From positions 2,914,001 through 2,978,000 of the forward strand of contig JANJGN010000038.1 in assembly GCA_026770705.1 (NCBI GenBank): DNA of 64,000 bases. Reading direction: 5' to 3'. The notes under the pieces are model-generated. The model saw only the letters and a list, made by a program, of their open reading frames with translations. It did no database searches and was not told where the DNA came from. Each line of letters starts with the position of its first letter. Within the stretch, counting starts at the first letter, position 1. A program made the position numbers and the translations under genes. Source of the stretch: Isurus oxyrinchus. Its lineage: Eukaryota. Below, one piece after another: positions 63,407 to 64,000 of this stretch.

Positions 63407-64000
63407 AGTGCTTCTTTTCTTGTTGGATTGGACACATACTACTGTAGTAATTCTTTCCTGAACAAAATCTAGCAACATTTGCCCTTCTCCAACTTATACA
63501 CTACCACTGTCTCAGTCTCCATTCGTGTGAGTGAAGTCCCTCATTAAAACTACTCTATAATGCTTGCAAACCTCCATATTATCCCTGGGGATTTGTCATT
63601 CTACGCCCTCCTCACTAGCTGGCTGCCTATGGAGTACACCAAGCAATGTAATCGCACTCTTTTGCTCCTTAGCTCTAGCCAAATTGATTCTGTCCTTGGA
63701 CACTGTGGGACATCCTCTTTCTCCAGCACTGCAACGGTCTCCTTAAACAATAAAGCCAACCTCCTCCTTTCCTTCCTTACCTAACTTTTCTGAATACCTT
63801 GTACCAGAAATGTTTAACACCCAGTTCTGCACTTCCTTGAGCCAGGTTTCTGCTGTCGCCAAAAGATCATATTTGCACCTGGCAACCTGCGTCTGTAATT
63901 CCTCAGTTGTATTGACTGTACATCGCGCATTCACATACATGTATAGTAAACATGATTTAGAATTTGTTATTTTCTCCCTCACAGAAACCCCACCTACTAA
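63407..64000 (-). mobile_element. CR1 LINE, 5' part of the host (APE endonuclease N-terminus)
   Basis: MYVNARCTVNTTEEL...KYDLLATAETWL endonuclease motif; reads ...SNPTRKEA into the TSD. Confidence 0.85.

Overview
Eukaryotic, repeat-rich DNA from a cartilaginous fish (shark). The main feature is an unrearranged, apparently intact IgNAR (heavy-chain-only antibody) cluster on the minus strand. It has an octamer/TATA promoter, a leader exon, a type II-like V with a CDR1 Cys, three D segments and one J, with RSSs arranged V(22)-(12)D1(23)-(12)D2(22)-(12)D3(12)-(23)J. A 12.3 kb J-C intron leads to the C1 exon; the other C exons would lie left of the window. About 26 kb upstream of V is a 68-bp minisatellite in which all 16 full units carry a perfect RAG heptamer, a 23-bp spacer and a nonamer resembling the local D nonamers, oriented like the V RSS. 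This is the most intriguing unexplained structure. Further right are a two-exon GPR139/142-like GPCR with a 1-bp frameshift and a near full-length Penelope-like (RT + GIY-YIG) retroelement with a 15-bp TSD and hammerhead-like termini, nested inside a CR1 LINE. The rest is mostly decayed CR1/L2 LINEs and SINEs, whose boundaries here are approximate.
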